Of a stretch of DNA of 64,000 bases, positions 62,706-64,000 are shown one piece after another (the first letter of the stretch is position 1; each line of letters opens with the position of its first letter). The translations under genes were made by a program, and so were the position numbers. The stretch lies in the NCBI GenBank assembly GCA_973895155.1, contig OZ316893.1, positions 26,524,798-26,588,797 on the forward strand, in the 5' to 3' direction. The notes below the pieces were generated by a model. That model was not told the origin of the DNA and did not search any database. It was given only the letters and a program-made list of their open reading frames with translations. The stretch is from Marsupella aquatica. Its lineage: Eukaryota > Plantae > Marchantiophyta.

Positions 62706-64000
62706 CCCACTTCCCACAGGTCTTACTCAAGGCAAAGTGCATGTGTGTTGTGCTCTCCACCTCGCACAGGTCTCTCATATCAGATATTGAAGGAAGAATC
62801 CTGACCCAATTGGACAGCTTTTATATGCATGCTCGTGCTTGTAAGGTCTACTGAGATTTATTCCATTGCCACTTTTTTGTAATTATTATTTTGTTACCTT
62901 TTTCACTACTTGTGAAGGAAAGTAAATTCAGTTAACTCGAAACTTTCTTTTGTCAAATACATACTTTGTCACTCTTTTTGGTTTAGTTACACCCTTCACC
63001 CTAATTAGATTTATGTAAGAATTAGAGGTAGTGCCAAATTAGTGTTACTAACACTAAATTCAGTAAAAGTGATCTTGACTTCTACGCAACACTAATTTGT
63101 TGTATATTCAAAATAGTTTTTTTTTCACTTTATTTGAAGCACTAGTAAAAAATGGTTGATCTTGAGTCCAAAATTACACTGATTCATGCACGTTGAATTA
63201 GAGTTATAGCAGAATTAGTATGAGTAACACTGATTATGATAAACAGTGTATAATATTTTTCATTTCTTTTCACTGGTTGTCAAGGAAACTAACTTAAGCT
63301 AATTTGAAACAATCCCATGCTTGACATACGGCCTAGTTTTCACCATTACATGGTCATTTATGTACTGTACCATCATCGCACCACTCTATTGCACCACTCT
63401 TTCCAACTCTCAAAATTTTGTTGGGTCTTTCACTTTGCTCCCACCTCAACCCTCTCCACCCCCACCTGGTCGGCAGCCCGACTCCCTTTCCCTCCAAAGG
63501 GTGGGAGAGGGTGTTGAGGTTAAGTTGAGGACAGTCACAACTGTCTACCAATGAAATTGGCAGGATGTTCACTGTTGCATCCTTCAAAACTGAGCAGAGT
63601 ACCTTTGCTTGGCAAGCAATAGGAAATGGTAAGAGGTATTTGCTTGAAGAGACCCCAAAATGAAAAGGGTTACTTGATAGGACCCCTGAAGGTTTGGGTA
63701 CATTGATTCAAGGTCTATCAAGGTTTCTTGTCACGCGAAAGAGGTCTGAACATTGACTGTGCCGGGGTCAGTGGTAGAGCAGAAGTCATTCTTTTAACCC
63801 ACATTCCACCGAGAAGTGGGGTTCAGACATAGCTTTTAACACTTAAAGAAAAGAAAAAATAAGATCATTCCACAGTGGACCGGGAGGGACACGGGCAGCG
63901 AGTGCTCAATGCAATTACCTGTTGTCCTGAATATAAATCTCAGATTAGATATATCAATGTTGTCCCAGTTACTAACCTTATGAGCAATTGGAATGAAATG

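Overview
Eukaryotic, land-plant nuclear DNA, probably a bryophyte (inference from gene and TE types). Host genes: an intronless CBC1/CBC2-like Raf kinase (4045-5442 +), an 8-exon PLGG1/LrgB plastid glycolate/glycerate transporter (12694-8064 -), a 5-exon RPS11 (42569-43615 +) and a 4-exon LRR-XIV receptor-like kinase (57213-60723 +). The centre (16489-36519) is a 20-kb nest of retroelements. The outer element is a minus-strand Ty3/Gypsy retrotransposon. Its single reading frame runs Gag-protease-[DNMT3-like C5 cytosine methyltransferase]-RT-RNaseH-integrase and is broken only by five stops, each one C>T change from a sense codon, and by two nested insertions. One insertion is a complete 6.5-kb non-autonomous LTR element (1124-bp LTRs, GCCTC TSD, tRNA-Asp PBS, no RT). 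The other is a 5-kb TGT..ACA insert with an intact 617-aa orphan ORF. The outer element also has asymmetric, split-direct-repeat-like ends and an array of eight 17-bp hairpins in its leader. The remainder holds solo LTRs, LINE remnants, foldback/MITE-like elements and tandem repeats. All calls were made by eye; no database searches were run.
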